Source of the DNA: the human T2T-CHM13v2.0 reference genome, Homo sapiens | Assembly: GCF_009914755.1 (NCBI RefSeq) | Contig: NC_060933.1 | Reading direction: 5' to 3' (one strand) | DNA length: 64,000 nucleotides | Shown here: one piece after another, positions 29,501 to 42,600 of the stretch | Layout: each line of letters starts with the position of its first letter | Position numbering within the stretch: position 1 is the stretch's first letter | Translations under genes and position numbers: made by a program | Notes under the pieces: generated by a model | Seen by the model: only the letters and a program-made list of their open reading frames with translations | Database searches by the model: none | What the model was told of the DNA's origin: nothing

Positions 29501-32176
29501 ATTCCATTCCCTTCCATTCCACTCTGGTTGATTCCATTCCTTTCCATTCCACTCGAATACATTCTCTCCTATTCCACTCGGAACGATTCCATTCCATTCC
29601 ATTCCATTCCATTCCATTCCACTCCATTCCATTTCGTTCCATTCCATTCTATTCCGTATCATTCCATTCCATTCCATTCCATTCCGTTCCATTGTACTCG
29701 GGTTGATTCCATTTCATTGCATTCCATTCCATTCCATTCCATTCCATTCCATTCCATTCCATTCCATTCCGTTCCATTCCATTACATTCGGATTGATTCT
29801 ATTCAACTCCCTAACTCTCCATTACATTCCATTCCATTCGGGTTGTTCCATTCCATTCCATTCCATTCCACTCCATTCCATTGCACTCGGGTTGATTCCA
29901 TTCCATTCCATTCCATTCCATTCCATTCCATTCCATTCCGGATGATTCCATTCCATTGCATTCCGTTCCATTACATTCCCCTGCACTCGGGTTGATTCCA
30001 TTCCATTCCATTCCATTCCATTCGATTCCATTCCATTCCAATTCTTTCCATTCCATTCTATTCCGTACCATGCCATTCCATTCCATACAACACCATTCCA
30101 TTCCATTCCACTCCGTTCCGTTCCGTTCCGTTCCGTTCCGTTCCATTCCATTCCATTCCATTCTATTCGGGTTAATTCCATTCCATTCCATTCGATTGCA
30201 ATCGAGTTGATTCCATTCCATTCCATTCCATTCCATTCCATTCCATTCCATTCCTTTCCATTCCATTACGGATGATTCCATTCCATTGCATTCCATTCCA
30301 TTCCATTTCCCTGTACTCGGGTTGATTCCATTCCATTCCATTCCAATCCATGCCATTCCACTCGTGTTGATTCCATTCTTTCCATTCCATTCAAGTTGAA
30401 TCCATTCCATTGCATTCCATTCCATTCCATTCCCCTGCATTCGGGTTGTTTCCATTCCATTCCATTCCATTCCATACCATTCCATTCCGTTCTGTTCCAT
30501 TCCATTCCATTCCATTCTATTCGGGTTAATTCCATTCCTTTCCATTCCATTCCATTCCATTCCATTCCAATCTAGTTGATTCCATTCCATTCCATTCCAT
30601 TCCATTCCACTCCATTCCAGTCCTTTCCATTCCATTCCACTCGGGTTAATTCCAGTGTATTCCTTTCCATTCCATTCCATTCCATTGCAATCGAGTTGAT
30701 TCCATTGCTTTGCATTCCATTCCATTCCATTCCATTCCGGATGATTCCATTCCATTGCATTCCATTCCATTCCATTCCCCTGCACTCGGGTTGATTCCAT
30801 TCCATTCCACTCCATTCCATTCCGTTCCATTCCATTCCGTTGTATTCGGGTTAATTCCATTCCATTCCATTCCATTCCATTCCATTCCATTCCATTCCAA
30901 TCCATTACAATCGAGTTGATTCCATTCCATTCCATTCCATTCCATTCCATTCCATTCCATTCCTTTCCATTCCATTCCACTCGGGTTGATTCCATTCTAT
31001 TAGTTTCCATTCCATTCCATTCCCTTCCATTCCACTCTGGTTGATTCCATTCCTTTCCATTCCACTCGAATACATTCCCTCCTATTCCACTCGGAAAGAT
31101 TCTATTCCATTCCATTCCATTCCATTTCGTTCCATTCCATTCTATTCCGTACCATTCCATTCCATTCCATTCCTTTCCATTCCATTCCATTCCACTCGTG
31201 TTGATTCCATTCCTTTCCATTCCATTCGGTTTGAAAGCATTCCATTCCATTCAATTCAACTCCATTCCATTCCATTCCATTCCATTCCATTCCATTCCAT
31301 TGTACTCGGGTTGATTCCATTCCATTGCATTCCATTGCATTCCATTCCATTCCATTCCATTCCATTCCATTCCATTCCATTCCATTCCGTTGCATTCCAT
31401 TCCATTCCATTCCCCTGCACTCGCGTTGATTCCATTCCATTCCATTCCATTCCATTCCGTTCCGTTCCATTGGATTCCATTCCATTCCATTCCGTTCCGT
31501 TCCATTCCATTCCATTCCATTCTATTCGGGTTAATTCCATTCCATTCCATTCGATTGCAATCGAGTTGATTCCATTCCATTCCATTCCATTCCATTCCAT
31601 TCCATTCCTTTCCATTCCATTACGGATGATTCCATTCCATTGCATTCCATTCCATTCCATTCCCCTGTACTCGGGTTGATTCCATTCCATTCCATTCCAA
31701 TCCATGCCATTCCACTCGTGTTGTTTCCATTCTTTCCATTCCATTCAAGTTGATTCCATTCCATTGCATTCCATTCCTTTCGATTCCATTTGATTGCACT
31801 CGGGTTGATTGCGTTCCATAACATTCCATTCCATTCCATTCCTTTCCATTCCATTCCATTCCATTGCATTCGGATTGATCCTATTCAATTCCCTTACACT
31901 CCATTACATTCCATTCCATTCGGGTAGTTTCCATTCCATTCCATTCCATTCCTCTCCATTTCATTGCACTCGGGTTGATTCCATTCCATTGCATTCCATT
32001 CCATTCCATTCAATTCTATTCCGTTCCATTCCATTCCATTACATTCGGATTGATTCTATTCAACTCCCTTACTCTCCATTCCATTCCATTCCATTCGGGT
32101 TGTTCCATTCCATTCCATTCCATTCCACTCCATTACATTGCACTCGGGTTGATTCCATTCCATTCCATTCCATTCC

Positions 32177-32191
32177 ATTCCGGAATATTCC
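32177..32191. promoter_or_regulatory. HSE variant ATTCC-GGAAT-ATTCC (exact single-pentamer inversion; also at 39307)
   Basis: Reads TTC-cg-GAA-ta-TTC. It contains the overlapping 10-bp palindromes ATTCCGGAAT and GGAATATTCC. Confidence 0.55.
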
Positions 32192-32519
32192 ATTCCATTG
32201 CATTCCATTCCATTCCATTCCCCTGCACTCGCGTTGATTCCATTCTATTCCATTCTATTCCATTCCATTCCCTTCCTTTCCGTTCCATTCCATTCCATTC
32301 CATTCCATTCCATTCCGTTCCGTTCCATTCCATTCCATTCCATTCTATTCGGGTTAATTCCATTCCATTCCATTCGATTGCAATCGAGTTGATTCCATTC
32401 CATTCCATTCCATTCCATTCCATTCCATTCCATTCCATTCCTTTCCATTCCATTACGGATGATTCCATTCCATTGCATTCCATTCCATTCCATTCCCCTG
32501 TACTCGGGTTGATTCCATT

Positions 32520-33620
32520 CCATTCCATTCAAATCCATGCCCTTCCACTCCAATCCATGCCCTTCCACTCGTGTTGATTCCATTCTTTCCATTCCATCCT
32601 AGTTGAATCCATTCCATTGCATTCCATTCCATTCGATTCCATTCGATTGCAGTCGGGTTGATTCCATTCCATTGCATTCCATTCCATTCCTTTCCCCTGC
32701 ACTCGCGTTGATTCCATTCTATTCCATTCTATTCCATTCCATTCCCTTCCTTTTCGTTCCATTCCATTCCATTCCATTGCATTCCATTCCGTTCCGTTCC
32801 ATTCCATTCCATTCCATTCTATTCGGGTTAATTCCATTCCATTCCATTCGATTGCCATCGATTTGATTCCATTCCTTTCCATTCCATTCCATTCCATTCC
32901 TTTCCATTCCATTCCTTTCCATTCCATTACGGATGACTCCATTCCATTGCATTCCATTCCCCTGTACTCGGGTTGATTCCATTCCATTCCATTCCACTCC
33001 ATTCGGTTCCGTTGCATTCCATTCTATTGCATTCCCTTCTATTCGGGTTAATTCCATTCCATTCTATTGCATTCCATTCCATTCCATTCCATTGCAATGG
33101 AGTTGATTCCATTCCATTCCATTCCATTCCGGATGATTCCATTCCATTGCATTCCATTCCATTCCATTCCCCTGCACTCGTGTTGATTCCATTCCCTTCC
33201 ATTCCATTCCATTCCGTTCCATTCCATTCCATTCCATTCTATTCCGGTTAATTCCATTCCATTCCATTCCATTCCATTCCATTCCATTGCAATCGAGTTG
33301 ATTCCATTCCATTCCTTTCCATTCCATTCCATTGCCTTGCATTCCACTCGGGTTGATTCCATTCCCTTCTTTCCACTCCATTACATTCTCTTCCATTCCA
33401 CTCGGAATGATTGATTCCATTCCATTCCATTCCATTTCATTCCATTGTAATCCATTGCAATCCATTCCATTCCATTCCATTCCACTCGAGTTGACTTCAT
33501 TCCATTCCTTTCCATTCCATTCCATTCCTTTCCACTCGAGTTGATTCCATTCCATTCCAATCCATTGCATTCCATTCCATGCCATTCCACTCGGGTTGAT
33601 TCCATTCCTTTGCATTCCAT
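32520..33620 (+). repeat. Divergent HSat3 island (second copy ~39645-40745)
   Basis: High density of variants not seen elsewhere in the window: a 20-bp tandem AATCCATGCCCTTCCACTC, CCATCCTAG, ATCGATTTG, AATGGAGTTG, CTCGGAATGATTGA, and two CTCGAG sites (33485, 33535). Confidence 0.7.
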
Positions 33621-33887
33621 TCCATTCCATTCCATTGCATTCCATTGCATTCCATTCCGTTGCATTCCATTCCATTACATTCGGATTGATTCTATTCAAC
33701 TCCCTTACTCTCCATTACATTCCATTCCATTCGGGTTGTTCCATTCCATTCCATTCCATTCCACTCCATTCCATTGCACTCGGGTTGATTCCATTCCATT
33801 CCATTCCATTCCATTCCATTCCATTCCATTCCAGATGATTCCATTCCATTGAATTCCGTTCCATTACATTCCCCTGCACTCGCGTTG

Positions 33888-36638
33888 ATTCCATTCCATT
33901 CCATTCCATTCCATTCCATTCAATTCCATTCCATTACAATTCGTTCCATTCCATTCTATTCCGTACCATTCCATTCCATTCCATACCATTCCATTCAATT
34001 CCATTCCATTCCATTCCATTCCATTCCGTTCCATTCCGTTCCATTCCATTCCATTCCATTCTATTCGGGTTAATTCCATTCCATTCCATTCCATCCCATT
34101 CTATTACATTCCATTGCAATCGAGTTGAATCCATTGCATTTCATTCCATTCCATTCCATTCCATTCTATTCCGGAAGATTCCATTCCATTGCATTCCATT
34201 CCATTCCATTCCCCTGCACTCGCGTTGATTCCATTCCATTCCATTCCATTCCATTCCATTCCATTCCTTTCCGTTCCTTTCCATTCCATTCCATTCCATT
34301 CCATTCCATTCCATTCCATTCAATTCCGTTCCATTCCGTTCCATTCCATTCTATTCGGGTTAATTCCATTCCATTCCATTCCTTTCCATTCCATTACGGA
34401 TGATTCCATTCCATTGCATTCCATTCCATTCCATTCCCCTGTACTCGGGTTGATTCCATTCCATTCCATTCCCATCCATGCCATTCCACTCGTGTTGATT
34501 CCATTCTTTCCATTCCATTCAAGTTGAATGCATTCCATTGCATTCCATTCCATTCCTCTCCATTGCATTGCACTCGGGTTGATTCCATTCCATTCCATTC
34601 CATTCCATTCCATTCCATTCCATTCCGTTCCGTTCCGTTCCCTTCCATTCCATTCCATTCCATTCTATTCGGGTTAATTCCATTCCATTTCATTCCATTC
34701 CATTCCATTCCATTCGAGTTGATTCCATTCCATTCCATTCCATTCCACTCCATTCCAGTCCTTTCCATTCCATTCCACTCGGGTTGATTCCAATGTATTC
34801 CTTTCCATTCCATTACATTCCATTGCAATCGAGTTGATTCCATTGCTTTGCATTCCATTCCATTCCATTCCATTCCGGATGATTCCATTCCATTGCATTC
34901 CATTCCATTCCATTCCCCTGCACTCGGGTTGATTCCATTCCATTCCACTCCATTCCGTTCCATTCCATTCCATTCCATTGTATTCGGGTTAATTCCATTC
35001 CATTCCATTCCATTCCATTCCATTCCATTCCATTACAATCGAGTTGATTCCATTCCATTCCATTCCATTCCACTCCATTCCATACCAGTCCTTTCCATTC
35101 CATTCCACTCGGGTTGATTCCATTCTATTAGTTACCATTCCATTCCATTCCCTTCCATTCCACTATGGTTGATTCCATTCCTTTCCATTCCACTCGAATA
35201 CATTCCCTCCTATTCCACTCGGAACGATTCCATTCCATTCCATTCCATTCCATTCCATTCCATTCCATTCCATTCCATTCAATTCCATTCCATTACAATT
35301 CGTTCCATTCCATTCTATTCCGTACCATTCCATTCCATTCCATACCATTCCATTCAATTCCATTCCATTCCATTCCATTCCATTCCGTTCCATTCCGTTC
35401 CATTCCATTCCATTCCATTCTATTCGGGTTAATTCCATTCCATTCCATTCCATCCCATTCTATTACATTCCATTGCAATCGAGTTGAATCCATTGCATTT
35501 CATTCCATTCCATTCCATTCCATTCTATTCCGGAAGATTCCATTCCATTGCATTCCATTCCATTCCATTCCCCTGCACTCGCGTTGATTCCATTCCATTC
35601 CATTCCATTCCATTCCATTCCATTCCTTTCCGTTCCTTTCCATTCCATTCCATTCCATTCCATTCCATTCCATTCCATTCAATTCCGTTCCATTCCGTTC
35701 CATTCCATTCTATTCGGGTTAATTCCATTCCATTCCATTCCTTTCCATTCCATTACGGATGATTCCATTCCATTGCATTCCATTCCATTCCATTCCCCTG
35801 TACTCGGGTTGATTCCATTCCATTCCATTCCCATCCATGCCATTCCACTCGTGTTGATTCCATTCTTTCCATTCCATTCAAGTTGAATGCATTCCATTGC
35901 ATTCCATTCCATTCCTCTCCATTGCATTGCACTCGGGTTGATTCCATTCCATTCCATTCCATTCCATTCCATTCCATTCCATTCCGTTCCGTTCCGTTCC
36001 CTTCCATTCCATTCCATTCCATTCTATTCGGGTTAATTCCATTCCATTTCATTCCATTCCATTCCATTCCATTCGAGTTGATTCCATTCCATTCCATTCC
36101 ATTCCACTCCATTCCAGTCCTTTCCATTCCATTCCACTCGGGTTGATTCCAATGTATTCCTTTCCATTCCATTACATTCCATTGCAATCGAGTTGATTCC
36201 ATTGCTTTGCATTCCATTCCATTCCATTCCATTCCGGATGATTCCATTCCATTGCATTCCATTCCATTCCATTCCCCTGCACTCGGGTTGATTCCATTCC
36301 ATTCCACTCCATTCCGTTCCATTCCATTCCATTCCATTGTATTCGGGTTAATTCCATTCCATTCCATTCCATTCCATTCCATTCCATTCCATTACAATCG
36401 AGTTGATTCCATTCCATTCCATTCCATTCCACTCCATTCCATACCAGTCCTTTCCATTCCATTCCACTCGGGTTGATTCCATTCTATTAGTTACCATTCC
36501 ATTCCATTCCCTTCCATTCCACTATGGTTGATTCCATTCCTTTCCATTCCACTCGAATACATTCCCTCCTATTCCACTCGGAACGATTCCATTCCATTCC
36601 ATTCCATTCCATTCCATTCCATTCCATTCCATTCCATT
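33888..36638 (+). repeat. 1,359-bp tandem duplication (33888-35279 = 35247-36638)
   Basis: Identical ORF pairs at offset 1,359 (33934/35293, 34394/35753, 34848/36207). The private variants TAGTTACC and CACTATGG occur in both copies. The junction lies in the pure pentamer run 35227-35280. Confidence 0.92.
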
Positions 36639-39600
36639 TCGTTGCATTCCATTCTATTCCGTATCATTCCATTCCATTCCATTCCATTCCATTCCATTCC
36701 ATTCCATTCCATTCCATTCCATTGTACTCGGGTTGATTCCATTCCATTGCATTCCATTCCATTCCATTCCATTCCATTCCATTCCTTTCCATTCCGTTGC
36801 ATTCCATTCCATTACATTCGGATGGATTCTATTCAACTCCCTTACTCTCCATTACATTCCATTCCATTCCGGTTGTTGCATTCCATTCCATTCCATTCCA
36901 AACCATTCCATTGCAATCGGGTTGATTCCATTCCATTGCATTCCATTCCATTCCATTCCATTCCGGATGATTCCATTCCATTGCATTCCGTTCCATTACA
37001 TTCCCCTGCACTTGCGTTGATTCCATTCCATTCCATTCCATTCCATTCAATTCCATTCCATTACAATTCGTTCCATTCCATTCTATTCCGTACCATTCCA
37101 TTCCATTCCATACCATTCCATTCCATTCCATTCGGTTCCATTCCGTTCCATTCCATTCCATTCCATTCTATTCGGGTTAATTCCATTCCATTCCATTCCA
37201 TTCCATTCCATTCCATTCTATTCCATTCCATTGCAATCGAGTTGAATCCATTGCATTTCATTCCATTGCATTCCATTCCATTCAATTCCGGAAGATTCCA
37301 TTCCTTTGCATTCCATTCCATTCCATTCCCCTGCACTCGCGTTGATTCCATTCCATTCCATTCCATTCCATTCCATTCCATTCCATTCCATTCCTTTCCA
37401 TTCCATTACGGATGATTCCATTCCATTGCATTCCATTCCATTCCATTCCCCTGTACTCGGGTTGATTCCATTCCATTCCATTCCAATCCATGCCATTCCA
37501 CTCGTGTTGATTCCATTCTTTCCATTCCATTCAAGTTGAATCCATTCCATTGCATTCCATTCCATTCCATTCCCCTGCATTCGGGTTGTTTCCATTCCAT
37601 TCCATTCCATTCCATACTATTCCATTCCGTTCTGTTCCATTCCATTCCATTCCATTCTATTCGGGTTAATTCCATTCCTTTCCATTCCATTCCATTCCAT
37701 TCCATTCCAATCTAGTTGATTCCATTCCATTCCATTACATTCCATTCCACTCCATTCCAGTCCTTTCCATTCCATTCCACTCGGGTTGATTCCAGTTTAT
37801 TCCTTTCCATTCCATTCCATTCCATTGCAATCGAGTTGATTCCATTGCTTTGCATTCCATTCCATTCCATTCCATTCCGGATGATTCCATTCCATTGCAT
37901 TCCATTCCATTCCATTCCCCTGCACTCGGGTTGATTCCATTCCATTCCACTCCATTCCATTCCATTCCATTCCATTCCGTTGTATTCGGGTTAATTCCAT
38001 TCCATTCCATTCCATTCCATTCCATTCCATTCCAATCCATTACAATCGAGTTGATTCCATTCCATTCCATTCCATTCCATTCCATTCCATTCCATTCCAT
38101 TCCAATCCATTCCACTCGGGTTGATTCCATTCTATTAGTTTCCATTCCATTCCATTCCCTTCCATTCCACTCTGGTTGATTCCATTCCTTTCCATTCCAC
38201 TCGAATACATTCCCTCCTATTCCACTCGGAAAGATTCTATTCCATTCCATTCCATTCCATTCCATTCCATTTCGTTCCATTCCATTCTATTCCGTACCAT
38301 TCCATTCCATTCCATTCCTTTCCATTCCATTCCATTCCACTCGTGTTGATTCCATTCCTTTCCATTCCATTCGGTTTGAAAGCATTCCATTCCATTCAAT
38401 TCAACTCCATTCCATTCCATTCCATTCCATTCCATTCCATTCCATTGTACTCGGGTTGATTCCATTCCATTGCATTCCATTGCATTCCATTCCATTCCAT
38501 TCCATTCCATTCCATTCCATTCCATTCCGTTGCATTCCATTCCATTCCATTCCCCTGCACTCGCGTTGATTCCATTCCATTCCATTCCATTCCATTTCGT
38601 TCCGTTCCATTGGATTCCATTCCATTCCATTCCGTTCCGTTCCATTCCATTCCATTCCATTCTATTCGGGTTAATTCCATTCCATTCCATTCGATTGCAA
38701 TCGAGTTGATTCCATTCCATTCCATTCCATTCCATTCCATTCCTTTCCATTCCATTACGGATGATTCCATTCCATTGCATTCCATTCCATTCCATTCCCC
38801 TGTACTCGGGTTGATTCCATTCCATTCCATTCCAATCCATGCCATTCCACTCGTGTTGTTTCCATTCTTTCCATTCCATTCAAGTTGATTCCATTCCATT
38901 GCATTCCATTCCATTCGATTCCATTTGATTGCACTCGGGTTGATTGCGTTCCATAACATTCCATTCCATTCCATTCCTTTCCATTCCATTCCATTCCATT
39001 GCATTCGGATTGATCCTATTCAATTCCCTTACACTCCATTACATTCCATTCCATTCGGGTAGTTTCCATTCCATTCCATTCCATTCCTCTCCATTTCATT
39101 GCACTCGGGTTGATTCCATTCCATTGCATTCCATTCCATTCCATTCCATTCTATTCCGTTCCATTCCATTCCATTACATTCGGATTGATTCTATTCAACT
39201 CCCTTACTCTCCATTCCATTCCATTCCATTCGGGTTGTTCCATTCCATTCCATTCCACTCCATTACATTGCACTCGGGTTGATTCCATTCCATTCCATTC
39301 CATTCCATTCCGGAATATTCCATTCCATTGCATTCCATTCCATTCCATTCCCCTGCACTCGCGTTGATTCCATTCTATTCCATTCTATTCCATTCCATTC
39401 CCTTCCTTTCCGTTCCGTTCCATTCCATTCCATTCCATTCCATTCCGTTCCGTTCCATTCCATTCCATTCCATTCTATTCGGGTTAATTCCATTCCATTC
39501 CATTCGATTGCAATCGAGTTGATTCCATTCCATTCCATTCCATTCCATTCCATTCCATTCCATTCCTTTCCATTCCATTACGGATGATTCCATTCCATTG

Positions 39601-42600
39601 CATTCCATTCCATTCCATTCCCCTGTACTCGGGTTGATTCCATTCCATTCCATTCAAATCCATGCCCTTCCACTCCAATCCATGCCCTTCCACTCGTGTT
39701 GATTCCATTCTTTCCATTCCATCCTAGTTGAATCCATTCCATTGCATTCCATTCCATTCGATTCCATTCGATTGCAGTCGGGTTGATTCCATTCCATTGC
39801 ATTCCATTCCATTCCTTTCCCCTGCACTCGCGTTGATTCCATTCTATTCCATTCTATTCCATTCCATTCCCTTCCTTTTCGTTCCATTCCATTCCATTCC
39901 ATTGCATTCCATTCCGTTCCGTTCCATTCCATTCCATTCCATTCTATTCGGGTTAATTCCATTCCATTCCATTCGATTGCCATCGATTTGATTCCATTCC
40001 TTTCCATTCCATTCCATTCCATTCCTTTCCATTCCATTCCTTTCCATTCCATTACGGATGACTCCATTCCATTGCATTCCATTCCCCTGTACTCGGGTTG
40101 ATTCCATTCCATTCCATTCCACTCCATTCGGTTCCGTTGCATTCCATTCTATTGCATTCCCTTCTATTCGGGTTAATTCCATTCCATTCTATTGCATTCC
40201 ATTCCATTCCATTCCATTGCAATGGAGTTGATTCCATTCCATTCCATTCCATTCCGGATGATTCCATTCCATTGCATTCCATTCCATTCCATTCCCCTGC
40301 ACTCGTGTTGATTCCATTCCCTTCCATTCCATTCCATTCCGTTCCATTCCATTCCATTCCATTCTATTCCGGTTAATTCCATTCCATTCCATTCCATTCC
40401 ATTCCATTCCATTGCAATCGAGTTGATTCCATTCCATTCCTTTCCATTCCATTCCATTGCCTTGCATTCCACTCGGGTTGATTCCATTCCCTTCTTTCCA
40501 CTCCATTACATTCTCTTCCATTCCACTCGGAATGATTGATTCCATTCCATTCCATTCCATTTCATTCCATTGTAATCCATTGCAATCCATTCCATTCCAT
40601 TCCATTCCACTCGAGTTGACTTCATTCCATTCCTTTCCATTCCATTCCATTCCTTTCTACTCGAGTTGATTCCATTCCATTCCAATCCATTGCATTCCAT
40701 TCCATGCCATTCCACTCGGGTTGATTCCATTCCTTTGCATTCCATTCCATTCCATTCCATTGCATTCCATTGCATTCCATTCCGTTGCATTCCATTCCAT
40801 TACATTCGGATTGATTCTATTCAACTCCCTTACTCTCCATTACATTCCATTCCATTCGGGTTGTTCCATTCCATTCCATTCCATTCCACTCCATTCCATT
40901 GCACTCGGGTTGATTCCATTCCATTCCATTCCATTCCATTCCATTCCATTCCATTCCAGATTATTCCATTCCATTGAATTCCGTTCCATTACATTCCCCT
41001 GCACTCGCGTTGATTCCATTCCATTCCATTCCATTCCATTCCATTCAATTCCATTCCATTACAATTCGTTCCATTCCATTCTATTCCGTACCATTCCATT
41101 CCATTCCATACCATTCCATTCCATTCCATTCCATTCCGTTCCATTCCGTTCCATTCCATTCCATTCCATTCTATTCGGGTTAATTCCATTCCATTCCATT
41201 CCATCCCATTCTATTACATTCCATTGCAATCGAGTTGAATCCATTGCATTTCATTCCATTCCATTCCATTCCATTCTATTCCGGAAGATTCCATTCCATT
41301 GCATTCCATTCCATTCCATTCCCCTGCACTCGCGTTGATTCCATTCCATTCCATTCCATTCCATTCCATTCCATTCCTTTCCGTTCCTTTCCATTCCATT
41401 CCATTCCATTCCATTCCATTCCATTCCATTCAATTCCGTTCCATTCCGTTCCATTCCATTCTATTCGGGTTAATTCCATTCCATTCCATTCCTTTCCATT
41501 CCATTACGGATGATTCCATTCCATTGCATTCCATTCCATTCCATTCCCCTGTACTCGGGTTGATTCCATTCCATTCCATTCCCATCCATGCCATTCCACT
41601 CGTGTTGATTCCATTCTTTCCATTCCATTCAAGTTGAATGCATTCCATTGCATTCCATTCCATTCCATTCCCCTGCAGTCGGGTTGATTCCATTCCATTC
41701 CATTCCATTCCATTCCGTTCCGTTCCGTTCCCTTCCATTCCATTCCATTCCATTCTATTCGGGTTAATTCCATTCCATTCCATTCCATTCCATTCCATTC
41801 GAGTTGATTCCATTCCATTCCATTCCATTCCACTCCATTCCAGTCCTTTCCATTCCATTCCACTCGGGTTGATTCCAATGTATTCCTTTCCATTCCATTA
41901 CATTCCATTGCAATCGAGTTGATTCCATTGCTTTGCATTCCATTCCATTCCATTCCATTCCGGATGATTCCATTCCATTGCATTCCATTCCATTCCATTC
42001 CCCTGCACTCGGGTTGATTCCATTCCTTTCCACTCCATTCCATTCCAATCCATTCCATTCCATTACAATCGAGTTGATTCCATTCCATTCCATTCCATTC
42101 CACTCCTTTCCATTCCATTCCACTCGGTTTGATTCCATTCTATTAGTTTCCATTCCATTTCATTTCCTTCCATTCCACTCTGGTTGATTCCATTCCTTTC
42201 CATTCCACTCGAATACATTCCCTCCTATTCCACTCGGAACGATTCCATTCCATTCCATTCCATTCCATTCCATTCCATTCCATTTCGTTCCATTCCATTC
42301 TATTCCGTATCATTCCATTTCATTCCATTCCATTCCATTCCATTCCATTCCATTCAATTCCATTCCATTGTACTCGGGTTGATTCCATTCCATTGCATTC
42401 CATTCTATTCCATTCCATTCCATTCCGTTGCATTCCATTCCATTACATTCGGATTCATTCTATTCAACTCCCTTACTCTCCATTACATTCCATTCCATTC
42501 GGGTTGTTCCATTCCATTCCATTCCATTCCACTCCATTCCATTGCACTCGGGTTGATTCCATTCCATTCCATTCCATTCCATTCCATTCCATTCCATTCC

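Larger units (their letters stand above)
30207..42020 (+). repeat. ~4.7-kb block present twice (~30207-34940 and ~37347-42020), spacing ~7.1 kb
   Basis: ORF twins 30266/37406 (7140), 31809/38944 (7135), 32529/39654 (7125) and 34189/41299 (7110). Shared private variants include TTTGAAAGC, GCGTTCCATAAC, GGAATATTCC and CCATCCTAG. Confidence 0.88.
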
